Below are positions 39,181 to 53,055 of a DNA stretch of 64,000 bases, piece by piece. Position 1 is the first letter of the stretch; each line of letters starts with the position of its first letter. The notes beneath the pieces were generated by a model. That model worked only from the letters and a program-made list of their open reading frames with translations, did no database searches and was not told the DNA's origin. Location of the stretch: contig NC_135261.1 in NCBI RefSeq assembly GCF_964204865.1, positions 12,896,001-12,960,000 of the forward strand, written 5' to 3'. Position numbers and translations under genes: made by a program. The DNA is from Styela clava. Taxonomy: Eukaryota.

Positions 39181-40345
39181 TTTTAATAAAAAAATATTGC
39201 CATGTATGTGTTTGAATCATCAAAGGTTGCAACGACTGGTGGGATTGAAGGGTATTGGGTAAACTAGGCTCACCACTTCATGAACGATATAAACAGCTGT
39301 CGCCATGCCGTTCTTAGGATAACGTGTTATCCTATCAATTGCGGATGCAGTGACATAGACGACGCTGTTGGCTTAGGCTGTGATTGGAAGAGTGTCCGTA
39401 TAGAGTCGTAGTTGGGCATTCGAAATTGAATAGTAAACTATTCGGATCGGTTTAGATAGGCGGTTCGCCATCATCTTGTATTGAGGTAAATCTCTCTATC
39501 TTTTTGTGAAGCCATATTTTCAAAATGCAATTCTGCATGGTTCTTATTGGTGACAACTCGGGGAATCATCTGAGTGATGGATTCAATGTTTTCAGTAAAT
39601 ACAATTAGACATCTTCCATGTAATTCGATTTGAAAAAAATATTCGATTCCGAAATCCTTGGGTATTCGAAAATGCCCAGCCCCAGTTGTAGCTAGTTTTT
39701 ACAATAAATTTTCATTCCGAACAAGACTCTGCAGAAGCAACTAATCTTTCCAGTCTGCACACCCTCTGGGTCAACATAGATTTTCCCACCCCCGTTTTGG
39801 ACTAAGATAATAACGTGCAAAAGCTGGGGATTGGGATTGTTCAATGGAAGATACTGCAACACAAGAAAAGTATATTTTCTTCTAGTAAAGTCTAACGAAA
39901 ACAAAATTTTTTCAATAGAAAAATCGTGGATTAAACTACTCAAAACAAAAAAACTGAAAAATGGTAGTTTTGGTCACTTCAATAGAAAGGCAGGTATTAA
40001 TTAGGTCGGGGATTTCCGTATTTTGAATTCCACTAAGATACTGTTCTTTTTCATTCATAACTACGGTAAGTAAAATTATCACACCTGTGCACATGTGAGA
40101 AATTGTGCAACTTTATTCAATTCGTAGAACAGAGACTTCATAGATTTGGAAAGAAAATGGAAATCACAGCATTTGGCATAAAGAAAAGATAATTAGAAAA
40201 ATAGTGAAAAACTTCATTACATGATGCTTCGAAAGCTAATGAATGATCTGAAGAATCTCTGCAGAAACGGATGAAAATTAGGAAATTTGATAAAGAAAAT
40301 CATTTCGATCAGATAAATATAATTAAGTAAAAATTTACCCTAAGG

Positions 40346-40492
40346 CAGGGCTACTCAACTGGCGGACCGCGGGCCGAATCCTGACCTTCAAGTATTTATT
40401 AAGGACGTTGAAATATCATTCTGAAAAAACAGACCCATTAATTTTGAAGATTTTGTATACAAATCTTTGGTATAAATAGTTGAGTAGCCCTG
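40346..40492. mobile_element. 147-bp hAT-type MITE
   Basis: Perfect 15-bp TIR cagggctactcaact; perfect 8-bp TSD ccctaagg (40338-40345, 40493-40500). Confidence 0.9.
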
Positions 40493-40653
40493 CCCTAAGG
40501 CACTTGAATTTTTAAAAAATGACTGAAAAGTGGAAGATTTGCATAAAAACACTTATTAACATGTTTAATTAAATAAGAATGTATGACACCTGTAAAGAAC
40601 AATTGTATTTCCCCAAGCACAATGTGTAATTTTTGCTCATTATTAACCAATCT

Positions 40654-43600
40654 TTATTCAGGCCTATAAATCTTTATCAAACATTCCGTAGTTGTGGGAT
40701 ATCCAGTCACTGGACATTTTGAATTATTTTTTACATACTTAAAGATACAAACGTAACAAAACACATAACCAGATGTGAAAAGAGCAGTGTCATTCGTTCT
40801 CCGTCTGTAAAAAACATTAAAATATACCATTATTTGAGTCGATCATTTCTCAAGACAATGACATACCAATAGGTACACCCTGATATACGCCGTGCATGGA
40901 TGTCTGAATTGAGGAATAATTTACAACATTTTTATTTGAAAATTAGGGATTTTGAAAAGCATTGACCTATATTATTTTTTACTTTACATGAAAATGTGAT
41001 GATTTAGGTAATTTTCCACATAAATTTGCTCCCAATTTAGATTGTATTTTTCATATTCGAATATATTTTCTCAGAATGTATTTTGTCAATCTTTGGTCAG
41101 CTTGTTCATACTACTTTATTAGTCGTCTTCCCAAAATATAAAATAGGATGATTCATGAATGATTCACGCTAATAGATCAGTCTCATCTGTAACAATTGCT
41201 CTGATCATTTTATGCTACGCGAACATAGATAGAAATAAAATAGTAAATCTAATAGCAAACAGGCTGAGCATGTTACATTCTGATATTATCGCTAACCTTT
41301 TAACAAGTTCATTTCAACAATTTTTGTCTTCGACTTACTAAATACAGCATTGCACAATGTAGGTCGGATTCAAAATCGAAGCTTATTTCTTTGTTTAGTC
41401 ACTGGTCTATATCTAAAACTACTGTATCACAAAAAGTGGGAATTGTGAAATTCCTCACTTGGTGAGGTATTTTTCCTGGGTTAAGAACCACTGAACTGAA
41501 TTAAACTTGGGGAACACCAAAACGATTTGAATTTTAATATGCATGCTTTAATATATAGAAGGAATCAAACCTGTTGCATAGAGGGCAAGTTATGTTGTCC
41601 CGAACTGGAATGATTGTTTTGTCGCATGATTCATGCGGCGGAAGAGGAATCGGTGCTTGTGTCAACTAAATAAAATAACTAGGTAAGTATATTATAATAC
41701 CAATATACAGGAATATTTCGCTGGGGTGAGTATTAGGTCATACTGGCTGAATCAAGTTCTATATCTCAATCTTCTTGGAGTGAAATGTCACTGTTCATAT
41801 CTGGGCTGTGGAGTGGAGTTGTAATTTCAAATTTTACTGGGTCGTTGTTTCAGACTTGTAATGGTGATGATCGGAGCAAAATTTTTTATATAATTCAGTA
41901 TGATTTCTCAATAGAAGGCAATCAATGGCTCAAGTTTTTGCTATGAAAATTAGTCTTCTCCGAGCTGAGTCAGCTTCTAATTTTCCTCCAACCTGGGGTC
42001 AAAGTCAAAATGAAACAGGGTGTATTTTTCACCATGTATTTTTCACCAGACTCCGTACACGTGGTACATATGACTTTTCATCAAACTGTAGCAGTATTAT
42101 ATGCCCTAAAAAGACACATGCACAAAAAATTGCAAAACACCGCCAATTAAGTTTTTATCACAGCACTTATATCGATATGCTTTGTGTGGAATGAATGAAA
42201 AGTTCCATTTTACTTGATACATAACTTTTAACAACCTCAAATTACACACAATACAATAAGGAAGTATGCAGAATTGCTATTGACCTTGTATATTGCTGAA
42301 CAGATAGGAAGTTAGCATAGTCACTTGCTGCAATGCTATGTATGAAGTATGAATATACTATCCGAATATCTTACCTTTTGCACTGTTGCTTGATTAGCAT
42401 CATGATAAAACCAGTCTATGAATTGAAGAACAAAGACTCCAGCATGCACTCCACCAGCAATCATCTTTGTCAAAGCTCGGCTAACAACATTCCCGCTATA
42501 AAACAAAAGGGTTATTCATTTATTTGTTCCATGGATGATTGTTTAAGTTTATCAAAAAAATTCTCTTATTTTTAAACATCATGCAAAAACAATGTGGATT
42601 TTCAGGCAAATTAAACATTGAAAAAGAATCAGACTACCAAAAAGTATGCGCAAGAGGTTTAATAAAATCTAGCCAGCTGGCCAATATACCGTACTAATAA
42701 TGAGTTGTATTGTTTTATCGAAAAGACTGAAAATTACAATATACAGAGTGATTCAAAATGAACAGAACCCAAGTAATGCGGAACATATACTAGATAGAAA
42801 ATAACTTTCGTGCAAATCGTCCTAGATTATCATATCCTTAGAAACTTTTGGGTACAATCATAAATAAACATATGTTTACGTGTTGAATATATTTTCTTCA
42901 TTTTAGTAGAATTTTCAAAGAAATTTATAGATTCCTTTTTTTCTGTTACGTATAGAAAATGCAAGCAACCCCATAAAGCTGAAGTAATGAAGTTTGTGTT
43001 CAGAACAAGGTTTTGTTTTCACCATATCTGAATACCTGGATACAAGACATACATATTTTCATATGGGTATCAGATGACTAGAGAAAAGTAAAGTCAAATT
43101 TTTCTATAAGTAAAATAACGACATACCTTGCTTGAGAAGCAGCTTGGGGATCTTCGACAACCAGTTTTATTCTCAATAATTTCAAAAATGGATCAGGGTA
43201 TTTATTTTCATGAATTGCATATTTGAATTGAAGATATAATTTCCAAAATTCCCAAGATGAGAACATAATTGGATATAAACGAAAAATGAGTCTTTCCATA
43301 ATAGTCACAGTGCATTGATTTCCCTGCGTCTCCCGTCGGTCCGCAATTTTATCATACATTTTCTTTAATTTCTCTTCAATATATGGGATAATACACAGAG
43401 TCACCAGGGTCAAAAAATGTCTTCTTGTTCCAAGTGTGTTATGTGATTGCACCTTTAAACCTTTTATTTTCCTTCGTAAGCCGTAATACATTTCTGCATA
43501 GGATGCAATGTGAGCTAATAAAAAATGATGTTGCACCAAAAGCTCAATAGCTGTGAAGATTTCATCATACCACGCTAGTAACCAACCAAATCTTGCTGGT

Positions 43601-44315
43601 TTGTAAGAAGCAAGAACCTTAAAAGAATATTGTTTATTGACAAGCTGATTATGAAGTATGATTGATAATTGGTGTTTAAATACCCTTCAGCATGAAGTTC
43701 AGTTTCATTTGATTAATTCAGATTAGGGACTTCAGATACACAAGGTGTCCAAAGTCTCTTCACAATTCAAAGGCTTATCATGATAAACCCTTGAAATTGT
43801 ACAGATACTATAAGAACAGCCTGCATATGTAAGTACTAGATCAATGCCCATATTTAACAGCTTTTGCATATTATTTCACAACTTGGATACATTTCAGTGA
43901 TAACTAATCAAATACAATTACCTATATAAAGTTCACATTTTGCGAGAATCGCCCTTTGTAGACACTTTATTTTTTTAAAAGTAGAATGTGTTGTGTAATG
44001 AGGGCACACAGCCTTTTAAAATAAACAGACTTTGTCTAAACCAGGCATGACTTCCAGTTACATTTTATCGATTATTATGGTAGAGAGAGTAAGCTTCTCC
44101 AAAAACCTGTTTGTCGAAGTAACTCATGATTATGCGAAAAGTAAAAAAATCCGCACCTAAAATCTTATCAAACTTACTTTAGTTAAGTGCTCAAAAGCTG
44201 GTCTCACAGAGGCTCGTAAATTTTCTTGAGCTAAAACTTCAAATATTGAAGGAAGTTGATATTCTTCTTGTGTTGCAACAGCTGTTTGTAAAGTTTCAGA
44301 AAACATGTCCGCCAT
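40654..44315 (-). CDS. PEX12: Peroxisome assembly protein 12, 5 exons (44178-44315, 43127-43617, 42375-42495, 41571-41665, 40654-40804), 331 aa
   Basis: [10 protein letters not shown]...[37 protein letters not shown]...[11 protein letters not shown]...CPVTG; junctions in frame. Confidence 0.95.
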
Positions 44316-45198
44316 GGCTTTAGATTAGAGTTTCATAAGTACAATAAATAATTAGGATTCTTTAATCTACGATCATCTATGAAAATATCAAAACACACAA
44401 AATTTACTTGTTTTTGAAAAAATATAAGGGACAAGAAATCATTCACCACAGCTATGCTACATAGTGAGCTACAAAGAGCAATGAGTCTGAGTTTGGCATG
44501 TTTTTATTCAAATTGGAGTCGAGGATCCAAACTCTCCTGAAGTTGAAGACAAACAGAGACTTGAATTTCATACCTCTATTGTGATTATTGAAGTCAAAAT
44601 TTCATAAACTAAACACAAAGCATAAACTAAGAAACATCAAGATGACCAAGCATTCTCAACAGACAATCAGTCAAAATGTGTTTTTCACAGAATTGGGAGT
44701 TAGGAACTTAGGAGGAACTCAATAAGTAGACACTGTATTTAGTCAGTATCAATTTTTTGTCAGCGGGGTGTCGGAGTCATTTTTTAAATGTCTTGTTAGC
44801 TGAGACTCCACAGCACTACTCTACATTGATAAAACAGATTAATTTTTAAATCTAACAAAAACCTGACACTAAAAACGAAAACAGATGACTCTTCACGAAT
44901 TCATGAAACTTCCAAGGGCAATATCAGTATTATTTCATTGTAATGATAAATGCTACAAAACTTTGTTTTTGAAGGAGACTCCAAAAAAGCACTGACAACA
45001 GTGATTTTACACAGTGATTCAACAATACAGTGATACTGTATTCACCATTTGGGAATACCAAAAAAAACTATATATATATTTATTCCGTAACAGTCGATAA
45101 GATAAGTTTAATTATATGATGGTTGGACATAATATGTATTATCACAAATACATTTGGTTCTGGCTTCGCCACACGAGAACAAATTGAGCAAACAATCC

Positions 45199-46469
45199 TC
45201 AATACACTGTCCAAGTCAGTTGCTTCACATTAGAACATTCTCTTGCAAGAAGCTCTTCTAATGCTATTCTCGAATTCTCTGTGATTTTTGGGCATCCATG
45301 AAATATCAAAATTCGAATTTTACGACAATACTCGATAATGCATTCAATAGCTTCATCAGTTATATTATGACACAATGCCATATGAAACTCTGTCAATGTG
45401 TTGCAACATTTTCCTTTACATATTTGAAACACACCATTATCAGATACCTAAATATAAAAGTTTATACATGTAAGTAAGATTTGTTTACATTTACAATATA
45501 ACTGTTCTGTAAAATGAGTTTGGAAAATGCAGTACCTAAAATCGTAAATTAATCTTTAAATAATGCAGGCATTTTATTCTATCAAAACGACATATATGCA
45601 TTTTTTGGCTCATCAGTTTGGTTTCTACTAAATAAAATTCGCACTGGAGTCAGAGGTACAAGATTTCAAAATATAAATAATTCAAATAACTGATTTTTTT
45701 CTGAAAACAATCCTCACTTTTAACTATTCTCAGCATAACTAGCTGGAGAAAGAGCCGATGTTCTCATTAACCCGTTGTACCCAGGATAAGATTTTATTCA
45801 ATAAAGGAAGTTAGTTATATTCTATGACATTAACTGTATAGAAAACCATAGTGCTTGTCCCCTCTTATTCAAACTATCTTGAGAAAAAAAAACATGGTGG
45901 ACATGTTCCAATTTTACCTTGGTTGAAGAGACATTCAGGCTTTCAAGATTAGGGCAATTCTCAGCAAGCGCTTGTAGACTTCTGTCACTGACACCAGAGC
46001 AACCACCAAGATTAAGATGTTTTATGCTTTTACAATTTACAGCTATTTGCACCACTGCTTCGTCACCAATGTTCAAACACCGACGAAGGTAGAAAACTTG
46101 AATCCAACGACAACTTCGTGCTATTTTAATAATTCCATCATTAGATATTGTCTTTCGGCTTTCTTTTGCAGAATTTAAATCAATTTTTACCAAGTTTATA
46201 CATGTTTTTGAGATTGTCGCCAATGCCTCGTCAGTGACATCGCTTTCACTTAAATCAATTTCTTTTAATCTTGCGTGCAAGCAAAATTCTATGTTGGCAT
46301 CACTTAAAATCCCTCTTTTTGATAAAATATACAAAAGTTTGCTCTTTATACTGGGTGGTAACAACTTGATATCCTCATTATATAAATTAAGATTATGAGC
46401 AACAACGTGTAGAGATGTCGTAAAAAGTGAAGAAATTCCACCGAAAACTGTTCTTTGTATATTGATCAT
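45199..46469 (-). CDS. AMN1: AMN1 homolog (leucine-rich-repeat protein), exons 45918-46469 + 45199-45447, 266 aa
   Basis: DIKLLPPSIKSKL, cysteine-containing LRRs, C-terminus IFHGCPKIT...KQLTWTVY characteristic of AMN1. Confidence 0.9.
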
Positions 46470-47574
46470 GATCCGATGAAATTATTTGGCAACACCTCAT
46501 GAAAAAACTACAAACAATACATATCCGTCTGGACAAGTTAAAATATAAATCAAACAAGTGCATTTAATCAATCACAACTTGGTACTAGTGATATTTAATT
46601 ACAGACTATCAATTATTTGGCCATGAAATGTATAAGGCATAAAAACATAATCACTGCAGTACAGCAAAAAATAATATGAATATCTGAAAGACAAGCAAAT
46701 GCACCATTAAAATCTTGGTTGAGATTATGAACCAAAGCAGAAACCAAGGTAACGGCAGTGGCCAATAAAAAAAAAAAAAGTGACTGAAAGCATCTAACAC
46801 CCATCAATAGTCTAACCCTAAAAACCCACCCCACTCCTAAAATTAGGCTGAATGATTGTAGCAGTCGCGAGCAATGAAATCCGAAATAAATCAATTGTTC
46901 GAATACATTTGAAATTGGTTATATTCTTCATACTATATTCTTCATTTTAGAATTACCAGTAATTTAGAAAATTTAATATTTTTCATTTTGAGCAGCTAAT
47001 ATCTGATGCTCTCGGCAAAAATATCAAAGTTCATTCGAATTGTAAATGTGTTAAGAGAAAAACCAATTACAATGCATCACTGTGCTAAAATTTTCTGGAT
47101 AGACAAACCCAAATTCATATTGATTTATGACAAAAATTTATATGCTGGACCAAATGACCAAATTTAGAATATATAGTTTTCATCATTTCATATCCAAAAA
47201 TATTATTCATAATTCATATCGTCTGTGAGGTGCTGTCAATTCCTGCATAAAAGTGAATTGCATAATGCAAATATATGAATTTGAATGGAAATTATCAAAT
47301 TAACAAATTTAACTTACTCAATATGATCATAAATATGTAAATAAGTCTTTATAATTATTGACTGACAATACACCTTTAGGACAAAATTTTTAGGACTTCA
47401 GTTTCAGTTTAAATAACAGTTTTACAGTTACAGTTCGTTGATGGTCTATTAGTAAAAATATTGTTTAATTTTGCATATCAGTAAGAAGTGACATATCTAA
47501 AATTTGCTAAAAGTGCGTTATTCCCAGCAATGATAAAAATTGAAATTCATCGAATATAGTACAAAATTATAACT

Positions 47575-48606
47575 CTATTGCATATTTCTATATTTTAAAG
47601 TTTGTGATTTAATGTCACCTTCGCCACGTATTTCCATTTTATCAGCGTAAACATCAATTGTTGCAAATGCAGTTTCATTCCCCCCAATACTTTTGGGAAC
47701 CGCTTCTAGTGCAGCTTCGAAAGTACAATGATGAACCCCATCTTCATCACAAAAATAAGCCCCTACATGATCATGACCCGCAAAATATGCAACAATGCAT
47801 GAATAACGATGAATTATATCTAAAATGTCTTGATTATTCCACACCAGACATATTTTACCACCAGTTGCATTTGGGTGTATTGGGATATGGCCGCACAATA
47901 CAACAATTTCATTATGATTTTGTGAATGTTGTATAATACTTTCGAGCCATTCTAATTGATCCTTATGTACGCCTCCATTATATTTTACATATTTCGGATC
48001 AACGGCGCTTGTATGATCATTTTTTTCTTCTTTTGGATTCATTTTGTTTAAAATTTCCATTGCGGTCACTTTTTTTGGATGAGAATTTTCTCTCCCAAGA
48101 GCACTGATGTCGTAACAATCAAGAACAATGAAACGAAATCCATTGCCGGGTGTAAAATGATAACAACAAAGTCCATCTTGACGCATTTTCTCGCTTGTAT
48201 AAAATATGATCTCACCAGAATTTTCACTTGTTTTTGCTGGTTCATTTGTAATAGAAAACCTTGGAAGTAAAACAGATTTCAAAAGATCGTTTCTTCCTAA
48301 ATTATATAATTCGTGATTTCCCCAACAGTGAGCTATTGGTTTTTTATATTGAATCAAACACTCATATATTTTATTAAGAGCTTCGTTACTTTTTCCATTA
48401 TTGCGACACATCCCATCTATTATATCTCCGAGTTGTAATACGAAGCAAGTTTGTTCTGAAGTATTCCAGTACTTGATTGCATGTTGTAGACATTGCAAAC
48501 CTTTTCTATAGTACCGATGTCTTGTTTTGCTGTAGTTCATCCCATCGTCAATGTCTGCATATTGCACATCCGCAATTAATCCAAATGAAAATATTGGGGA
48601 TGACAT
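47575..48606 (-). CDS. ADPRM: Mn-dependent ADP-ribose/CDP-alcohol diphosphatase, intronless CDS, 343 aa
   Basis: FSFGLIADVQYAD, QLGDIIDG, WGNHE, GHIPIHP, FAGHDH metallophosphoesterase motifs; true ATG at 48606 follows an acceptor ttctgtag. Confidence 0.93.
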   Translation of the reverse strand: MSSPIFSFGLIADVQYADIDDGMNYSKTRHRYYRKGLQCLQHAIKYWNTSEQTCFVLQLGDIIDGMCRNNGKSNEALNKIYECLIQYKKPIAHCWGNHELYNLGRNDLLKSVLLPRFSITNEPAKTSENSGEIIFYTSEKMRQDGLCCYHFTPGNGFRFIVLDCYDISALGRENSHPKKVTAMEILNKMNPKEEKNDHTSAVDPKYVKYNGGVHKDQLEWLESIIQHSQNHNEIVVLCGHIPIHPNATGGKICLVWNNQDILDIIHRYSCIVAYFAGHDHVGAYFCDEDGVHHCTFEAALEAVPKSIGGNETAFATIDVYADKMEIRGEGDIKSQTLKYRNMQ

Positions 48607-51534
48607 TACTATTACACCTACAGAAAATAGTGGATCGTTCAGATTAAAAGTTATTACACAAAACAATATAAAAAGTTGACATGGTTAAATTTTTAAACTA
48701 CCCAAATCTTTGGTGCATATCAATAAAATACTTGGTTTAATGAATATTGAGATTTTGCTTACACTAATAGAGCTAAAAGTATTTATACTATAATGTACTG
48801 TTTAGATATAGTATTCAACTGTCTTACAGAAAACATATTTTATTTTTACATTTGATAGTATTTGGGTTGTTCCTAAGCTTTTGTATCATAAAGATGATTT
48901 CTGTAGGATATCACTTTTGGCAAGTGTATTATTTTCTTCTTTCATGGGTGGACAAAAGCTATGTGGCATAATTAATGATGAGTGAAAGTACTCTATTTTA
49001 TTAAATGATAACAATATTAGAAACTACCATGGTACTGTATGAAATTAGAATGTTACAATGTAAGCCTACATCTAAAATTTTTCATATAATAATAATAATA
49101 TAGCGATGGCTAGATGAAACAATTGCAGAAAGGGATAGAAAAATTTAACACTTATTATTATACAAATAAATCTTTCAATTTTTGAATACTGCACAAGTAT
49201 GTATTGATTATCTTATGGCTATTGGATAAAAATTTTAGAATGATATTTGTCGCAAGAATGGTCAATGGCTTCAGGTTAGGGCATTAGAAACTGAGGAAAT
49301 TTAACTGATCTTTGGGTAAACTTTGATCCTTTGATAACAATTGTTCTTTAGTACAAATAACTTTGTATAAAACGAAATGGCAAGCAAAATACAAAACCCA
49401 GATTTGGATACCACTTCAATGAAAAGTTCAAATTTATATGAATAAAATTCTTATATCAAGTTTTATTTTGATAAGGCATAAATGTCAATAAGTAAATAGG
49501 CAACATTTTTATAATATGGTTTAATTAAGAAGGCAAGATAGGATTTATATTATATTTTTAGCTGGGTCAACCGTTTCGAATAAATCAAAAAATACATATT
49601 TGTAAAGAAATAGAGCTGAAACAAAACCTACTTTCACAGTAGTTATCTATATTATAACCATGATTTTCAAAGTACTATATGAAATTGGAAATTTGTTGTA
49701 CCCAATTGCATTAACATAAATCTAGATATTCGATTCATTTTGTTACTTCAGGATATATAAATGCGACAACGAAATATTGCTTTCAAATTTTTTAGGAGCA
49801 CAAAACCAGACAGAGTTAAAATTTGTGACAATAAATATTCTAGGCTATCGAATTGCTCTCAAAATCTCAGAAAAACCTATACAAAGATGACTAGTGCATC
49901 ATAATGTATCATCATATATTGTATCGATAGCAGTACTAAATAAGTACAAATATAAATCAATTGCAATGAATCATTATGAGTGAAACAAATTTGATTGCTT
50001 CATTATTAATATGTAGTACTGAGATGCATTTATTGCATGCATTTATATAGTTCAAAATTTGAGTCAACAAAACAACTGTATATATCTATTTTCAAATTTG
50101 CTTCATAGTAAAAAGGAAACTGCGTTTCTGAAAAGCTTCACTATTTTTATCTGAACTTAATTCTGAACAAGTAGAACTCAGACGCAGAAAAAATAGGGTT
50201 TTTCAAAAAATATTTCATAACCTTCCCGAAATATATGATCAAAATATTTTGTAACAGTTTGTTGTAACAGTTGCAACTGTGTTTAAGAGGTTGAGACCCG
50301 ATAAACAGATTTATTCTTTACATAAACAAGGGATTTTTAGGTGTAAGATTTGCAACCTCCAAGTCCAACATGAACAGTGAAAATTATGTGAATTTACCAT
50401 CAACCTCAACGAAGGCTAAAAAGGTCGGAATTGACTTCACATACAACAAAAACTGAACAAATGAGCTTGTTATAAAATTCCAACAGCGAAAGATGAATAA
50501 TAAATTTTTGATTATTGCTCTCAATTACGCTAAAAGTACCGTATATCGAAATATATTTTGTTCGTCACCCAAAATATTTAATAGGAATATTAAAATAGAA
50601 TATTTAATAGGATAATATGTAGTGGAATTAACCTATTTAGAATCTCTAGTTCTAACAAAATACAAAAATCAGGCAAATTGCAGCGATACTGATAAGCAAT
50701 ATATGAAAAATTACTATTTTGATGACCACATAAGATTAAAAAGAAAATGAACAATATCAAAACTAAAATTAAGTTGAAAAACATCTTCTCAATTACAATA
50801 CCAAATTTCTTTTTCACCATGCACTTTTTACACAAAAGACATACCGGTAGATATCGTTTGACACTTTGATAATTTTTATAACACTAAATATATTATATAT
50901 ATAATACAAAAGAGAATTAACATTGTTTCAATGTTTTAATAGAAAAATATATAACCCCTGAATGTAAGTACACCATTTGTTAATTATTTGTCAAATAATA
51001 AGTTTAGAATACTAACATATCGAAAATATTTTTAGGAATTCACTTCACACCATTGTTTAGAAAACACAAAACAAAAAAAAAGTTTGGTGCCTGTATCGTT
51101 TATTATTCTTAATCTTAATTATCATCTATAGAAAATATCCATTCAAAAAGAAGCCACTTTCAGGAATCCACAAAATTTCGAAACGACAAAAATCTTCAGA
51201 TTCGACACAAAATTTTGCAAAAGCCAGAAGAAATGGTGGTTCAGGGCTCTGGCATGGAACCTCTAAGTTTCATTGTTTACATTGAGCATAAAATTTAAGT
51301 ATAGTTCAAACTATTTTTTCGATAATCTAGCTGGTGTTTTATTTGAGGAAAATACCTCATTATCAATAAGGTGATATATCTTCCAGTAAGAAACAAGGCA
51401 GCGCTGCGTAAAAATTAAAAAAAATTGCAATATTCACCATTTTTAACGAGTTAAATTGAAACAATAGCCAAAATCATTTTAATGATATCAGTTGTTCTAT
51501 ATTGCATCTTCCCTTATCGCAAATTACGAAACAG

Positions 51535-52152
51535 TTATTGATATTTATCAGCAAGCTTAGAGGCATTTTCAGCAAATTTTTCAGCACTGTGAGCCATTTC
51601 AGCAGTTTTCACGTCAAGATCATTTAACTTTTCACCTCGTTCTCCAAGTTCTTGTCTCGTCTTTTGTAACTGTGAAATATCTGACGCAGCTTTTTCAATT
51701 ACTTGATTAATTTTTGAATCAACATTCACGAATTCAGGTGGAGCTTTATCAAGATACTTTTTACATGCATCTGCAACATCAGAAATGAATTTGGATTTCT
51801 CCTGAGAATTGGAAGCTTCAAACTTGAATTCACCTTCAAACCATAATTCCAAGTTGTTAGACTTTTCTCCTTTTCCATCGACTTTAGTTAACTCCTCCAA
51901 ACACCAGTGCCTTCTTTTTTCAAAACTTGCTCCATCTTCAGATTTGATGAATCTTTCTATAAAGGCTTGATATGGTCTTGAAGATGTAACATACAAGCAA
52001 AGATAGTGTCGATTTTCTTTCTTTTTAAATGGATTGTTACTTGGTTCAGTTTTGGAAACCTGTATAAAACCTAAAATTCGTTCTTTTCTAGGATGGAAAA
52101 CATTGCTATGCAACCAATGCTTGACATCTTGAACTGTTTTACAGTTTGCCAT
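51535..52152 (-). CDS. STXBP6: Syntaxin-binding protein 6 (amisyn)-like: Sec3-type PH domain plus R-SNARE motif, no TM anchor, 205 aa
   Basis: FEKRRHWCLEELTKVDG (Sec3 PIP2-binding PH-like); C-terminal LGERGEKLNDLDVKTAEMAHSAEKF (tomosyn/amisyn R-SNARE). Confidence 0.88.
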   Translation of the reverse strand: MANCKTVQDVKHWLHSNVFHPRKERILGFIQVSKTEPSNNPFKKKENRHYLCLYVTSSRPYQAFIERFIKSEDGASFEKRRHWCLEELTKVDGKGEKSNNLELWFEGEFKFEASNSQEKSKFISDVADACKKYLDKAPPEFVNVDSKINQVIEKAASDISQLQKTRQELGERGEKLNDLDVKTAEMAHSAEKFAENASKLADKYQ

Positions 52153-52541
52153 TTCAGATAAATGTTTAATTAACGATTAATCCTGATAAAGGAAAATAAG
52201 AAAGTTTGCCAAGAAATGTATTGATCTGAGTTCGTTCAATCTACGGCCAGTGGGTATTTTTATTTGCAGGAAACAGCATGGAACAGAGAAAAACAGTGAA
52301 GAATGTAAGAAAACAATGTAAAACGAAAGAAAGCAATGCAAAATAGCATGTAACACTTTGTTAATTGATTGTTTATAATAGTATAAAACAATATATTGAT
52401 TGCATAGACCAGGGATGGCGAACCACTGACCCCCCCCTCCCGCGTTTTATTCTTGACCCGCCAAGGCACTAATAAAATAAAAATGCTAACATATCACTGA
52501 TAAGAAGTGATAAAACCGGTCTTAAATTAATCTAACAAGGA

Positions 52542-52579
<38 letters not shown>

Positions 52580-53055
52580 CAAATAAATTCCAATGCCAAA
52601 CGGAATTTTCGTATATTAATTTTATTGTCGAATTAGTATAATTTGCACCCAATTAAAACAATTTCATAATTTCAAAACACATTGCCCACAAGTTCAATAA
52701 TATATGTAACAATTAAAATATAAAATCATACCATTACCGGAGTTTTGTATCATATATAGTCCAATTTATATCCATTGAATATAGGTTAATCCATATTATC
52801 AGTCGTCATCCAATTCGTGCACACATTTTATATATAGTTACCAATAATTAATCGATTTAGTTAGTTTTTGCATGGAAATTAGAAAATAGAAAATTAGACA
52901 GAAAATCAGAAAACAGCCAAAGTGGGTTTTTTGGCATTTCTCTATTCACTATCTTGGTATGAATTAAATTAAAATGATGCATAAATTTGGACATTGGAAT
53001 CTTTTCATGTACTATCCATTTAAGTTGGTGTTGCATAGAAAATGTCAATGTCATG

